44,934 bases of DNA. Source: Chloroflexota bacterium (lineage in GTDB: Bacteria > Chloroflexota > Limnocylindria > Limnocylindrales > CSP1-4). How positions within the stretch are numbered: position 1 is the stretch's first letter; the number at the start of each line of letters is the position of its first letter. The translations under genes were made by a program, and so were the position numbers. The stretch lies in the NCBI GenBank assembly GCA_041691435.1, contig JBEPUS010000002.1, positions 1 through 44,934 of the forward strand, read 5' to 3'. Below the pieces are notes generated by a model that saw nothing but the letters and a program-made list of their open reading frames with translations, made no database searches and was not told where the DNA came from. This document shows, one piece after another, positions 24,261 through 32,850 of the stretch.

Positions 24261-25417
24261 GTCCCGAGCAGGAGGGTGACGAAGGTCTCGTTGAGATAGC
24301 GGCTCGAGGGCGTGCCCCGGATGGGCCCCATCTCGCCGAAGCAGTACATGCCGGCCATGGGCAGCGCGTCGGTGTACTCCGCCCGGGCCATCTCCGCCTC
24401 GACGTGCGTCCGGGAACCGAGCAGGAACTTGCGGACCGCACACGAGAAGATCAGGCCCGCCTGGGGCGTGGATCCCGCCGGGTAGTCGGCCGATGCCCGG
24501 GCCAGGGCGTCGCGTGTCCCGGCGAGGATCTCCTCGACGTCGGCCGTGGTCAGCTGGACGGTCGCCCCCACCGGGATCGATCCGGCCAGCAGGACCGAGC
24601 CCGTCGCGGGATCCGAACCCTGGATCGCGCGCAGGTAGGAGGCGTTGCCGCCGGCCTCGATCACGGCCAATGGATTGCCATATGACGCCGCCCCGGTCAC
24701 GTCGAGATAGCGAGCCAGGAACTCGGTGGCCCGGCGCCCGTCGACCTCCTGGAGGGCGCCGTACGTCGAGCGGGTCACGGTGCCGCTCGCCCCGATCGTT
24801 CGCCAGCCGGTGCCCACCGCGACCGAGAACTTGAGCGGCCCGGAGAACAGGAGGACGGCGACGCCGTCGGTGGCGATCACGTCGTTGCGGAACTGGTAGG
24901 TGGGCGTGACCGTCACGAAATCGCTCCGGGCCGACGTCCCGCCCACGATGACCACACCCGCGGGCAGCGCCCGGGCCATCGCGTCGAGAGTGAGCTGGGC
25001 GTCGCCGACGAAGCCTTCGGCGAGGACGATCGCGACCTTCGGCTCGCGCGTGGTTCCAGCGAGGGCCTGGCCGGCGGCGGCCTGGCAGGCGGCGTCGACG
25101 TCCTTGCCCAATCCCGAGCCGACGCCGGCCGTCACGTCCACATCGTCGGAGGCGAACAGGGCCAGGGTCAGCGAGTCTTCCTGGTAGCCGCTCCCCGAGG
25201 AGATCTCGGCGGCCGACGTCGTGCCCATGATCGCGATCCCCGGAAAGGCGGCCTGGACGGCGCTCAGGCTCTCCGGGGCAAAGCTGTCAAAGCCGGAGAA
25301 CAGGATGCCGGCCTGCGGCCGCAGGCTTCCGAGGGAGGCCCGGCACTGCTCGATGGCGCTGGCGATCGCGTCCGCCGGATCGACATCGTCGCTGTTCCCG
25401 ACCGCCATGGTGAGCAT
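24257..25417 (-). CDS. Stand-alone FIST (FIST_N + FIST_C) sensor protein
   Basis: 386 aa from ATG 25417 (MLTMAVGNSDD), preceded by GGAGG. Sequence pattern typical of FIST proteins (..GILFSGFDSF.., ..AIMGTTSAAEI.., ..FSCAVRKFLLG.., MYCFGEMGP). Confidence 0.8.
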   Translation of the reverse strand: MLTMAVGNSDDVDPADAIASAIEQCRASLGSLRPQAGILFSGFDSFAPESLSAVQAAFPGIAIMGTTSAAEISSGSGYQEDSLTLALFASDDVDVTAGVGSGLGKDVDAACQAAAGQALAGTTREPKVAIVLAEGFVGDAQLTLDAMARALPAGVVIVGGTSARSDFVTVTPTYQFRNDVIATDGVAVLLFSGPLKFSVAVGTGWRTIGASGTVTRSTYGALQEVDGRRATEFLARYLDVTGAASYGNPLAVIEAGGNASYLRAIQGSDPATGSVLLAGSIPVGATVQLTTADVEEILAGTRDALARASADYPAGSTPQAGLIFSCAVRKFLLGSRTHVEAEMARAEYTDALPMAGMYCFGEMGPIRGTPSSRYLNETFVTLLLGT

Positions 25418-25469
25418 GGGCCAACCTCCGTCCTGCACTCTACAACCACCCGCGGGGGGCAGCCTGACC

Positions 25470-26474
25470 TCAGGCGTTGACGGGTTCGAGGCCGTGCTCA
25501 ACGCCGACGAGACGGCCGGCCCTGGCGAGATCCTGGTAGATCTCGACACTCGCCCGGACACCATCGGTGAACCGGGTGATCGGGAGCTGCCCGAGCGCTT
25601 CGATCCCGTCGTGGTCGATCTCCGAGGGGAACGGCAGGTCCAGCGGGTCGAACCGGATGACCTCCGATGCATCGGGGAGCACGGCCTCGATTGCCTTGAG
25701 GATCGCCGCTCCGTCGGCCAGCTCGCCGGGCAGGTTGAACACCGGGGATCCGGCGATGCCGCTCCGGCTGGCCGCGATCAGCGTTCGGGCCACGTCTTCC
25801 ACGTATTGGAACAGCGTCGCGCCGCGGAAGGGGACCGTGTACGGCTGGTGGAGGACGGCGGCCACGATTGCCTTCGTCGGCCCGCTCGTCATGCCCTGAT
25901 CGCGACCCACGCCGTAGACCGTCAGGGGCCGGACACCGACGCTGGCGATCCCGTTGTCGAGCCAGTACACCCGGGCGTTGCCCTCGTTCGCCAGCTTGTA
26001 GACGCCATAGTGGTTGAGCGGGTGGGCGGCGGCGTCCGAACGCAGCCGCCCGCTGGACGCGTCAACATCGTCAGCGCCGTACATACCGATCGAGCTCGTG
26101 TAGACAATCGGGGCCATCGCGATCCCGGCGTCTCGTCGACGCACGGCCTCGAAGACGTTGACCGTGCCCAGGACGTTGACCCGGGCACCGAGCGGGGGAT
26201 CCGCCCGGCAGAACGGGACCTGCAGCGCCGCGAGGTGGATCACGTTCGTGCTCTGGCTCCGCTCGAGGGCCGCGGTCAGCGCCTCGAGATCGGTGATGTC
26301 GCCCTGCTCGAAGCGGACCTGGGCGAGTTCCTCCGGGCTCATGATCAGGCGGAGTCGCCGGACGTCCGAGCCGAGGTCGAAGGCCGTGACCGTGGTCCCC
26401 TCGCGGACGAGCGTCCGGACGGTCCACGCACCGATGCAGCCCAGTGCCCCGGTCACAAAGAAGCGCTCGCTCAA
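25470..26474 (-). CDS. NAD-dependent epimerase/dehydratase family protein
   Basis: Starts (TTG)SERFFVTGALGCIGAWTVRTL, a Rossmann GxxGxxG. YGVYK catalytic motif. GGAGAG 6 nt upstream of TTG 26474. Confidence 0.85.
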   Translation of the reverse strand: MSERFFVTGALGCIGAWTVRTLVREGTTVTAFDLGSDVRRLRLIMSPEELAQVRFEQGDITDLEALTAALERSQSTNVIHLAALQVPFCRADPPLGARVNVLGTVNVFEAVRRRDAGIAMAPIVYTSSIGMYGADDVDASSGRLRSDAAAHPLNHYGVYKLANEGNARVYWLDNGIASVGVRPLTVYGVGRDQGMTSGPTKAIVAAVLHQPYTVPFRGATLFQYVEDVARTLIAASRSGIAGSPVFNLPGELADGAAILKAIEAVLPDASEVIRFDPLDLPFPSEIDHDGIEALGQLPITRFTDGVRASVEIYQDLARAGRLVGVEHGLEPVNA

Positions 26475-26509
26475 CCCTGTCTCTCCATCTCGGCCAGTAT
26501 GGGGTCTTA

Positions 26510-27538
26510 ATGGTGTACGAACCCTTCGAGCAGGTTCCTCTTGGCCAAACCGGGCTGAGCGTCACTCGGCTGGGCTTTGGCGGCGCCTCGATCGGGGGAT
26601 TGTTCGAAGCCGTAACGGACGATGCGGCGGTGGCCGTTGTTGAACACGCCTGGTCGATCGGGGTCCGGCTCTTCGACGTCGCCCCGCTCTACGGCTACGG
26701 AGCGGCGGAGCGTCGGATCGGCTCCGTGCTGGCGAGCCGGCCGCGCGATGCATTCGTCCTCTCCACCAAGGTCGGGCGGTTGGTTCGAGATGCCGGCGAG
26801 GTCGGTCCACGCGACGATGTCGACCGCCAGGCGATCGGCGACCGGGCAGATGCCTACTACGCCGGCACCGCCGATCAGCGGGTTGTCTTCGACTATTCGG
26901 GGGACGGTGTCCGGCGCTCAGTCGAGGCGAGCCTCGAGCGGCTGGGACTGGAACGAATCGACATCCTCTTCATTCACGACCCGGATGCGCACTGGCGCGA
27001 AGCGCTCGAGGGCGCCTACCCTGCGCTCGAGCGACTCCGGGCGGAGGGGACCGTCCGGGCGATTGGTGCGGGCATGAACCAGTCGCAGATGCTCGATCGA
27101 TTCGCGGTGGAGACGGACATGGACGTCTTCCTGCTCGCCGGCCGGTACACGCTGCTCGACCAGGGCGCCTTAGCCGGGCTGCTGCCGCGCTGCCTGGAGC
27201 GCGGGATCGCCGTCCTCGCAGCCGGCGTGATGAATAGCGGCCTGCTGGTGGATCCCGGACGCGGCGGCCCATTCAACTACCGGCCCGCGCCGGCCAGCAT
27301 CATCGAACGTGCCCAGCAAATCGCGGCGGTGTGCGAGCGTCATGGCGTATCGGTCCGAAAGGCCGCGATCCAGTTCCCGCTGGCTCATCCGGCCGTGACC
27401 GGGCTGATCGCCGGCGTCCGGACAGCGGCGCATCTCGACGAATACCCGGCCAGCATGCGCACGGAGATTCCGGCGGACCTGTGGGCGGAGCTGCGCGCCG
27501 AGGAGCTGATCGCGGCCGGCGCGCCGACACCGTCCTGA
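26510..27538 (+). CDS. Aldo/keto reductase (L-fucose / D-threo-aldose 1-dehydrogenase-like)
   Basis: Starts MVYEPFEQVPLGQTGLSVTRLGFGGASIGG.. then FDVAPLYGYGAAERRIG. Sits immediately upstream of the L-fuconate dehydratase gene. Confidence 0.8.
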   Translation: MVYEPFEQVPLGQTGLSVTRLGFGGASIGGLFEAVTDDAAVAVVEHAWSIGVRLFDVAPLYGYGAAERRIGSVLASRPRDAFVLSTKVGRLVRDAGEVGPRDDVDRQAIGDRADAYYAGTADQRVVFDYSGDGVRRSVEASLERLGLERIDILFIHDPDAHWREALEGAYPALERLRAEGTVRAIGAGMNQSQMLDRFAVETDMDVFLLAGRYTLLDQGALAGLLPRCLERGIAVLAAGVMNSGLLVDPGRGGPFNYRPAPASIIERAQQIAAVCERHGVSVRKAAIQFPLAHPAVTGLIAGVRTAAHLDEYPASMRTEIPADLWAELRAEELIAAGAPTPS

Positions 27539-27604
27539 CCGGCTCGAGCGGCCAAACTAGCCCCGGTCCAGGCATCTTCACCGACGCACCAGAAGGGTGA
27601 CCAC

Positions 27605-28915
27605 GTGACCACGATCACCGACATCGACGTCATCGACGTTCGCTTTCCCACATCGCGCAACCTCGACGGCTCGGATGCAATGAACCCCGATCCGGACTAC
27701 TCCGCCGCCTACGTGATCCTGCGGACGGATGCGGGCGACGGGCTCGAGGGCCACGGGTTGACGTTCACCACGGGCCGGGGCACCGAGGTCGTGGTGGCCG
27801 GCGTACATGCGATCGAGCCCCTCGTCCTGGGCCGCTCGGTCGAGGCGGTCGAGGCCGACCTCGGCGGCTTCTGGCGCGACCTTGTCGGCGACAGCCAGCT
27901 GCGCTGGATCGGGCCCGAGAAAGGCGTGATCCACCTGGCGACCGCTGCCGTCGTCAACGCGACCTGGGACCTGGTCGCCAAGCGCGCCGGCAAGCCCCTC
28001 TGGGAGCTGCTGGCCGGGATGTCCCCTGAGCAGATCGTGGCGCTCGTCGACTTCCGGTACCTGACGGACGCCCTCACGCCCGAGGCGGCGCTGGCGATCC
28101 TCCGGGCGGCTCTGCCCGGGCGCGCCGAGCGCCGAGCCGAGCTGCTCCGTGCCGGCTATCCGGCCTACACGACCTCGGTGGGCTGGCTGGGCTACGACGA
28201 TGCCAAGATCCGCCGGCTCTGCCGCGCCGCCCTGGCCGACGGCTGGACCCGCTTCAAGCTCAAGGTGGGGGCCGACGTCGACGACGACATCCGGCGCATG
28301 CGGATCGTGCGCGAGGAGATCGGCCCGGACCGGATGCTGGCCGTCGACGCTAACCAGCGTTGGGACGTCGGCGTGGCAATCGAATGGATGGCCCGTCTCG
28401 CCGAGTTCAACCCGTACTGGATCGAGGAGCCGACCAGCCCGGACGACATCCTCGGCCACGCGGCGATCGCCCGGGCGATCGCCCCGATCCGGGTCGCCAC
28501 GGGCGAGCACGTCCATAACCGGATCATGTTCAAGCAGCTCCTCCAGGCGCAGGCGATCTCCGTCTGCCAGGTCGACTCGTGCCGCCTCGGTGGGGTCAAC
28601 GAGGTCATCGCCGTCCTGCTCCTGGCCGCGAAGTTCGGGGTGCCGGTCTGTCCGCACGCCGGTGGCGTAGGACTGTGCGAGTACGTCCAACACCTTTCGC
28701 CGTTTGACTACATCGCGGTCAGCGGCCTGCTGGACGGCCGAATGATCGAATACGTCGACCACCTCCACGAGCATTTCAAGGACCCGGTGCACGTCGAACG
28801 CGGCGTCTACCGGTTGCCAAGCCTGCCGGGCTACAGCGCCGAGATGCACCCTGCCTCGCTCGCTGACCACACCTTCCCGACCGGCCGGGTCTGGCGCCAG
28901 GACGCCGGCCGCTGA
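27605..28915 (+). CDS. fucD: L-fuconate dehydratase (enolase superfamily, ENOSF1/FucD type)
   Basis: The N-terminus [54 protein letters not shown] .. [25 protein letters not shown] closely tracks the FucD/ENOSF1 sequence as I remember it. Confidence 0.85.
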   Translation: MTTITDIDVIDVRFPTSRNLDGSDAMNPDPDYSAAYVILRTDAGDGLEGHGLTFTTGRGTEVVVAGVHAIEPLVLGRSVEAVEADLGGFWRDLVGDSQLRWIGPEKGVIHLATAAVVNATWDLVAKRAGKPLWELLAGMSPEQIVALVDFRYLTDALTPEAALAILRAALPGRAERRAELLRAGYPAYTTSVGWLGYDDAKIRRLCRAALADGWTRFKLKVGADVDDDIRRMRIVREEIGPDRMLAVDANQRWDVGVAIEWMARLAEFNPYWIEEPTSPDDILGHAAIARAIAPIRVATGEHVHNRIMFKQLLQAQAISVCQVDSCRLGGVNEVIAVLLLAAKFGVPVCPHAGGVGLCEYVQHLSPFDYIAVSGLLDGRMIEYVDHLHEHFKDPVHVERGVYRLPSLPGYSAEMHPASLADHTFPTGRVWRQDAGR

Positions 28916-28973
28916 CGGTCCGCAGGAGTTCCTCGCCGCAGCCGCGCAGTTGACGGATCCGCGCTGCGGCCCG

Positions 28974-29342
28974 ATGGTGGGTATCTCGTCGCAGGCGCCG
29001 GGCTCCTATTTTGTCGGTCCGAAGCGCGCGCCGGAACGGAACTTCCCCTTGGCTCGAACCCCTTTCTCGCCGCCTGAGGCGAACATCGTCGTGTGCAGCG
29101 ACGGCTACTTCGACGTCTATTCGACCGATGCCCGGACGAATGGCGACAAGCCCGCCTACCGCGGCCGGCTGGCCGAGCTCGGCCCAGGCATTCGCGGTGG
29201 GGACGATCGCCTGGCCGTCCGGCCGGGATCGGTTGCCCTCAATGAAGCGGTGATCGCCTGGTCAAGGGCCCACGGCGCGGCGGCCGTCCGCGGCGAGCTC
29301 GGCGGCGGCCGGGATGGCAACGAGGTCGAGCCGGCGGCCTAG
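28974..29342 (+). CDS. Hypothetical protein
   Basis: High third-position GC (about 80% by hand count) in this frame only. No family recognised. Start uncertain (TTG 28950 or ATG 28974). Its stop shares the palindrome CTAG with the convergent gene. Confidence 0.4.
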   Translation: MVGISSQAPGSYFVGPKRAPERNFPLARTPFSPPEANIVVCSDGYFDVYSTDARTNGDKPAYRGRLAELGPGIRGGDDRLAVRPGSVALNEAVIAWSRAHGAAAVRGELGGGRDGNEVEPAA

Positions 29343-29806
29343 CCGCCTGATTCGAGCAACCGGCCGTTCGCGAGGCGCAGGCGGAGGCTGATCCGGCGCT
29401 GCGTCTCGAAACGGTCCCGGATCAGTGTTTCGGCGACCTCGGGCTGATCGGCGTGATAGAGCCGGGCGCCCTCGGCTGCGTCCGCCTGGGCGGCCGGCTG
29501 GTCGTCGCCGATCTCCGCCCGACCCTCGATCGACACCCATTGGCCGCCGTCCTCGACGGCAATGCTGACCCGGGGGTCGCGGCGCGCGTTGCGCACCCAG
29601 GCCCGGCTCTCTGCGCCGTTGACCACGAGGGTTTCTTCGTCGAGGACGAACCAGACGACCGCCTGGAGCGGGCTCCCATCGGCCCGGATCGTGGCCATCG
29701 TGGCGAACCGGAGCTCAGAGGCCAGGAATCGGCGGACCTCCTCGCTCGATTCCGCGCCTGATCCGGGGTGGGTCGAGGAGGCCATTGGTCGATGGTCGCA
29801 GGCCAT
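29339..29806 (-). CDS. Pyridoxamine 5'-phosphate oxidase family / PPOX-class F420-dependent protein
   Basis: ..LRFATMATIRADGSPLQAVVWFVLDEETLVVNG.. RAWVRNARRDPRVSIAV.. is typical of the split-barrel family. Confidence 0.75.
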   Translation of the reverse strand: MACDHRPMASSTHPGSGAESSEEVRRFLASELRFATMATIRADGSPLQAVVWFVLDEETLVVNGAESRAWVRNARRDPRVSIAVEDGGQWVSIEGRAEIGDDQPAAQADAAEGARLYHADQPEVAETLIRDRFETQRRISLRLRLANGRLLESGG

Positions 29807-29835
29807 GGTCTACAGACTCCTCGAACCGCCGGGGA

Positions 29836-30603
29836 CTACAGCTCCGCGTTGACGATGAATCCGGCGTCGACGAGCAAGGTGGCCGAGGTGACGTAGCTGG
29901 CATCCTCGCTCAGCAGGAACGAGATTGCACCGGCCATCTCCTCGGGCTGCCCGGCGCGACCGAGAGCGATCCGCTCCTCGTAGTACTTCACCGCCGGCGG
30001 ATCGTCGAACATCGGGATCGACATGTTGGTGACGATCCAGCCGGGCTCCACGGCGTTGACCCGGATCCCGTGCTTGCCCACGACGGCGCCGAACGCCTTG
30101 GCCCACATGGAGATCCCGCCCTTCGTCGCGCAGTAGGCGGACTGGAACGGCGAGCCGACGTGGGCGGAGATCGAGCTGGTGCACACGATCGCCCCGCCGT
30201 GGCCCTCTTTGATCATCTGCTTGGCGCCCTCGGTCGTGACGATCCAGGTGCCCCGGAGGTTGGTCTCGGACAGGTTGTCCCAGTCCTCGATTGTCGTCTC
30301 GTCCCACTTCATGAACGGATTGATCCCGGCATTCGAGACCACGTAGTCGAGGCGGCCGCCGCGCCGGGCGACCTCCTGGACCATCTCGACGACCTGGGCC
30401 GGGTTGCGCATGTCGGCGATGACCGCGAAGCCCTCGCCGCCGGCCTCCTTGATCTTCTGAAGGGTGACCGTTGCGTCGCCATCGGGCTTCTGGTTCACCC
30501 CGACGATGGCGCCCTCGGCCGCCAGGCGCACGGCCGTGGCCTGGCCAATCCCATTCGTTGCGCCGGTGACCAGGGCAACCTTGCCAATGAACCGCTGTTC
30601 CAC
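29836..30603 (-). CDS. SDR-family oxidoreductase
   Basis: KVALVTGATNGIGQA, NAG, YCATK. Start placed at GTG 30603, 8 nt after AAGGAG. The track start is 30651. Confidence 0.85.
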   Translation of the reverse strand: MEQRFIGKVALVTGATNGIGQATAVRLAAEGAIVGVNQKPDGDATVTLQKIKEAGGEGFAVIADMRNPAQVVEMVQEVARRGGRLDYVVSNAGINPFMKWDETTIEDWDNLSETNLRGTWIVTTEGAKQMIKEGHGGAIVCTSSISAHVGSPFQSAYCATKGGISMWAKAFGAVVGKHGIRVNAVEPGWIVTNMSIPMFDDPPAVKYYEERIALGRAGQPEEMAGAISFLLSEDASYVTSATLLVDAGFIVNAEL

Positions 30604-30680
30604 GGCACTGACTCCTTTCATGTGGCCTACGCTGTCTGGAAGGCTCGGCACTCCTCCCTAAGCCGAGGAAGAAGCCCGGC

Positions 30681-31439
30681 TCAGTGCATGCCCCGCCCGC
30701 CGGCGACGATCAGCAGCTCGCCGGTGATGAACGCCGCGTCGGCCGAGGCCAGGAAGACGGCCGAAGCGGCGATGTCGTCGGGCGTGCCCCAGCGGGCGAG
30801 GGCCGTCTCGTCGAGGATCCGCTGCTGGGTGGCCGGGTCGATCTCCTCGACCATGTCCGTCCGGATCCAGCCGGGGCAGATCGCATTGACCGTGATGTAC
30901 GGGCCGAATGCCAGGGCCATCGCCTTGGTCAGGCCGTTCATGCCGGCCTTGGATACGACGTACTCGGTGAACTTCATCGCCGAAGGGTGGTAGAGGCCCG
31001 AGTTCGACGAGATGTTGACGATGGTGCCGCCCTGCTGCTTCATCATGATCGGGGCGACGGCTTTCGAGCACAGATAGGCGCCCTTCAGGTTGATGTCGAT
31101 GGTCCGGTCCCAGTCGTCCTCGGTCGTCTCCAGGACGCTCTTGTTGATCATCACCCCGGCGTCGTTCACGAGGATGTCGACCCGCCCGTAGTGGTCGAGC
31201 GTGGCCTGGACGAGGCGCTCGACGTCGGCCCGGTTGGAGACGTCGGCTGCCACAGCGAACGCGTCGCCGCCGGACTGCCTGATCTCCTCGACCACCTCGG
31301 CCGCGAGGTCGGCATTGGCGACGTAGTTGACGACAACCCGGGCGCCCTCTGCTGCGTAGCGCATGGCGATCGCCCGGCCGATTCCCCGGGACGCCCCGGT
31401 GACGATCGCGATCTTGCCGGCCAGGTGCTGCTCAGACAT
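30681..31439 (-). CDS. SDR-family oxidoreductase (FabG-like)
   Basis: Starts MSEQHLAGKIAIVTGASRGIGRA, with NDAG and YVVSK. AAGGAGAG upstream of ATG 31439. Confidence 0.85.
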   Translation of the reverse strand: MSEQHLAGKIAIVTGASRGIGRAIAMRYAAEGARVVVNYVANADLAAEVVEEIRQSGGDAFAVAADVSNRADVERLVQATLDHYGRVDILVNDAGVMINKSVLETTEDDWDRTIDINLKGAYLCSKAVAPIMMKQQGGTIVNISSNSGLYHPSAMKFTEYVVSKAGMNGLTKAMALAFGPYITVNAICPGWIRTDMVEEIDPATQQRILDETALARWGTPDDIAASAVFLASADAAFITGELLIVAGGRGMH

Positions 31440-31539
31440 CGAACTCTCTCCTTCGGAACCGTGGTGGGCGGGATGGCTCAGCTCGGCCGGCCGTATCAAC
31501 GAGGGTCCCAGGGAGATCGAAGATCAACGTGCGGACCAT
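31432..31539 (-). pseudogene. 5' stub of a HAD-superfamily hydrolase gene (35 codons)
   Basis: Reads GGGAGAG-N5-ATG, then MVRTLIFDLPGTLVDT (HAD motif I, DxDGTLVD, with the second Asp replaced by Pro), then unrelated sequence. Its stop TGA lies within codons 2-3 of the downstream SDR gene. Confidence 0.35.
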
Positions 31540-31628
31540 CTCAGCTCTCCCAGGTCCGGCCGATGCGCCCGAGCAGGTCGACCATAGGTCAGCCCTTGCT
31601 GGCCCTCGATCATCAGCCCGAAGCGCAC
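31524..31628 (-). pseudogene. 5' stub of a luciferase-like (LLM, F420-dependent type) oxidoreductase gene (34 codons)
   Basis: GTG 31628 lies 15 nt after the DUF4432 stop. It reads VRFGLMIEGQQGLTY, an N-terminus I associate with LLM-class F420-dependent oxidoreductases, then unrelated sequence. Its stop falls 13 nt after the HAD-stub ATG. Confidence 0.4.
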
Positions 31629-31643
31629 CGGCCGATTCCCGCC

Positions 31644-32753
31644 TCAGCCCGGGCCGGTGGGGATCCGGCCGACTCGCCCCGCGAAGGCGTCGATCGCGGG
31701 CGCACCGTCGAGCGCGCCAATCTCCAGGTCGTATGTGCGCACCTGGCCGCCCTCGAGAAAGAGCAGCTCCCCGCGCTTGCGTGCGTCCCAGCGCCCGGCG
31801 TCCCGGTTCGTGCCTGGCTCCATGGCCATCGCGTACGTGTCCTCGCCCATCATCTTCCAGACCGTGTGGTGGGGGAGCTGCTCGATCCGGAAGACCTGGT
31901 AGACGCCCAGGCCGAGCTCGCGGTTGACGACGGCGACCGGGACCGTGCCTGCGGGCTCGGCGATCAGCTCGTTCTCGAAGCAGGTCTCGGTGAAGCCCGC
32001 GAGCGGCTCGGTGAGGGTCGCGTAGCCCTCGGTCGTCACGGGGTAGTCGGTGGTCGTCGCGAGCGTCGGGATCAGCAGCTCGGAGCCGCCGGCCACGACC
32101 GGCCAACCGGCATTGCAGTGATACAGGAGCATGTGGCTCGTCCGATGATGGCCGACGTTCTCGACCTCGTCATGGATCGTGAACCGGCTCTCCCCGACCC
32201 TGGCCTCGATCCGCCGGCGCAGGACGAGGTGCTCGCCGAAGACGGCCGATTGGAGGACCTCGCCCTCGGCCCACAGGATGCATTCGTCGCCATCCCAGCG
32301 CTCGCCATAGCCGACGAGGCGGGCCGGCAGGCCGCCGACCCGACCGTGCAGCGAGAACGACTGGGTCTCGCGCAGGTGCGGCTGGTCGAAATCGAGGGCA
32401 CTGTCCTCGCCGCCCAGCAGGGTGTGGTCAAGGCCACAGGTGACCACCATCCCGCCACCCCAGTAGCGGAACCAGCCGAGCGGATCGTTCTCGTAGTACC
32501 ACGGCCCAACGGTTCCGGCATTGGCGATCCAGGCCAGCGGCCGGCCGCCCATCTCGCAGCGACCAACGTCGAACGTCCGGTCAACGACGACGTCGAAGCT
32601 GAACCCGGTCCCGGTCCGGAACTCGACCAGTCGGACGCCGCGGCCGGCCCCATCGCCGAGGGTGACCAGGCGTACGCCGGCCACTTGGTCGAGCCGGCCG
32701 ACCCGCCGGAGCAGCTCGGTCCTGGAGAACGTCTGGCCCCAGAGCGTGGTCAT
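31644..32753 (-). CDS. Aldose 1-epimerase-like protein (DUF4432 family)
   Basis: Starts MTTLWGQTFSRTELLRRVGRLDQVAGVRLVTLGDGAGRGVRLVEFRTGTGFSFDVVVDR.. and reads as a mutarotase-like fold. Start at ATG 32753. Confidence 0.78.
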   Translation of the reverse strand: MTTLWGQTFSRTELLRRVGRLDQVAGVRLVTLGDGAGRGVRLVEFRTGTGFSFDVVVDRTFDVGRCEMGGRPLAWIANAGTVGPWYYENDPLGWFRYWGGGMVVTCGLDHTLLGGEDSALDFDQPHLRETQSFSLHGRVGGLPARLVGYGERWDGDECILWAEGEVLQSAVFGEHLVLRRRIEARVGESRFTIHDEVENVGHHRTSHMLLYHCNAGWPVVAGGSELLIPTLATTTDYPVTTEGYATLTEPLAGFTETCFENELIAEPAGTVPVAVVNRELGLGVYQVFRIEQLPHHTVWKMMGEDTYAMAMEPGTNRDAGRWDARKRGELLFLEGGQVRTYDLEIGALDGAPAIDAFAGRVGRIPTGPG

Positions 32754-32779
32754 GGCGCTGCCTTTCGAACGGTGGGACA

Positions 32780-32847
32780 AGCTCACCCGGCGGCCTCCAC
32801 CGGGTGAGCTGGCAAGGTGCTGATGTCAGCCGGGTCGGCCCCGGCTG
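32780..32847 (-). terminator. Two strong hairpins between the permease gene and the DUF4432 gene
   Basis: cagccggg-tcggc-cccggctg (32827-32847), starting 3 nt after the permease stop, then agctcacccgg-N9-ccgggtgagct (32780-32810, an 11-bp perfect stem). No clear U-tract. Confidence 0.5.
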
Positions 32848-32850
32848 CAA

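Noticed and set aside
24261-24443. Upstream extension of the adenylate cyclase ORF, overlapping the FIST gene by 187 nt.
   Set aside because: GTG 24260 gives a classic GTGA overlap with the FIST stop, and the extension has non-protein-like composition.
26498-26512. Leaderless start of the aldo/keto reductase gene (TATGGG 6 nt before ATG 26510).
   Set aside because: There is no -35-like element, and the divergent gap is only 35 bp. It is plausible but too weak to call.
30684-32807. 707-aa + strand ORF.
   Set aside because: Antisense to the SDR and DUF4432 genes, with a D/G/R/P-rich junk translation.
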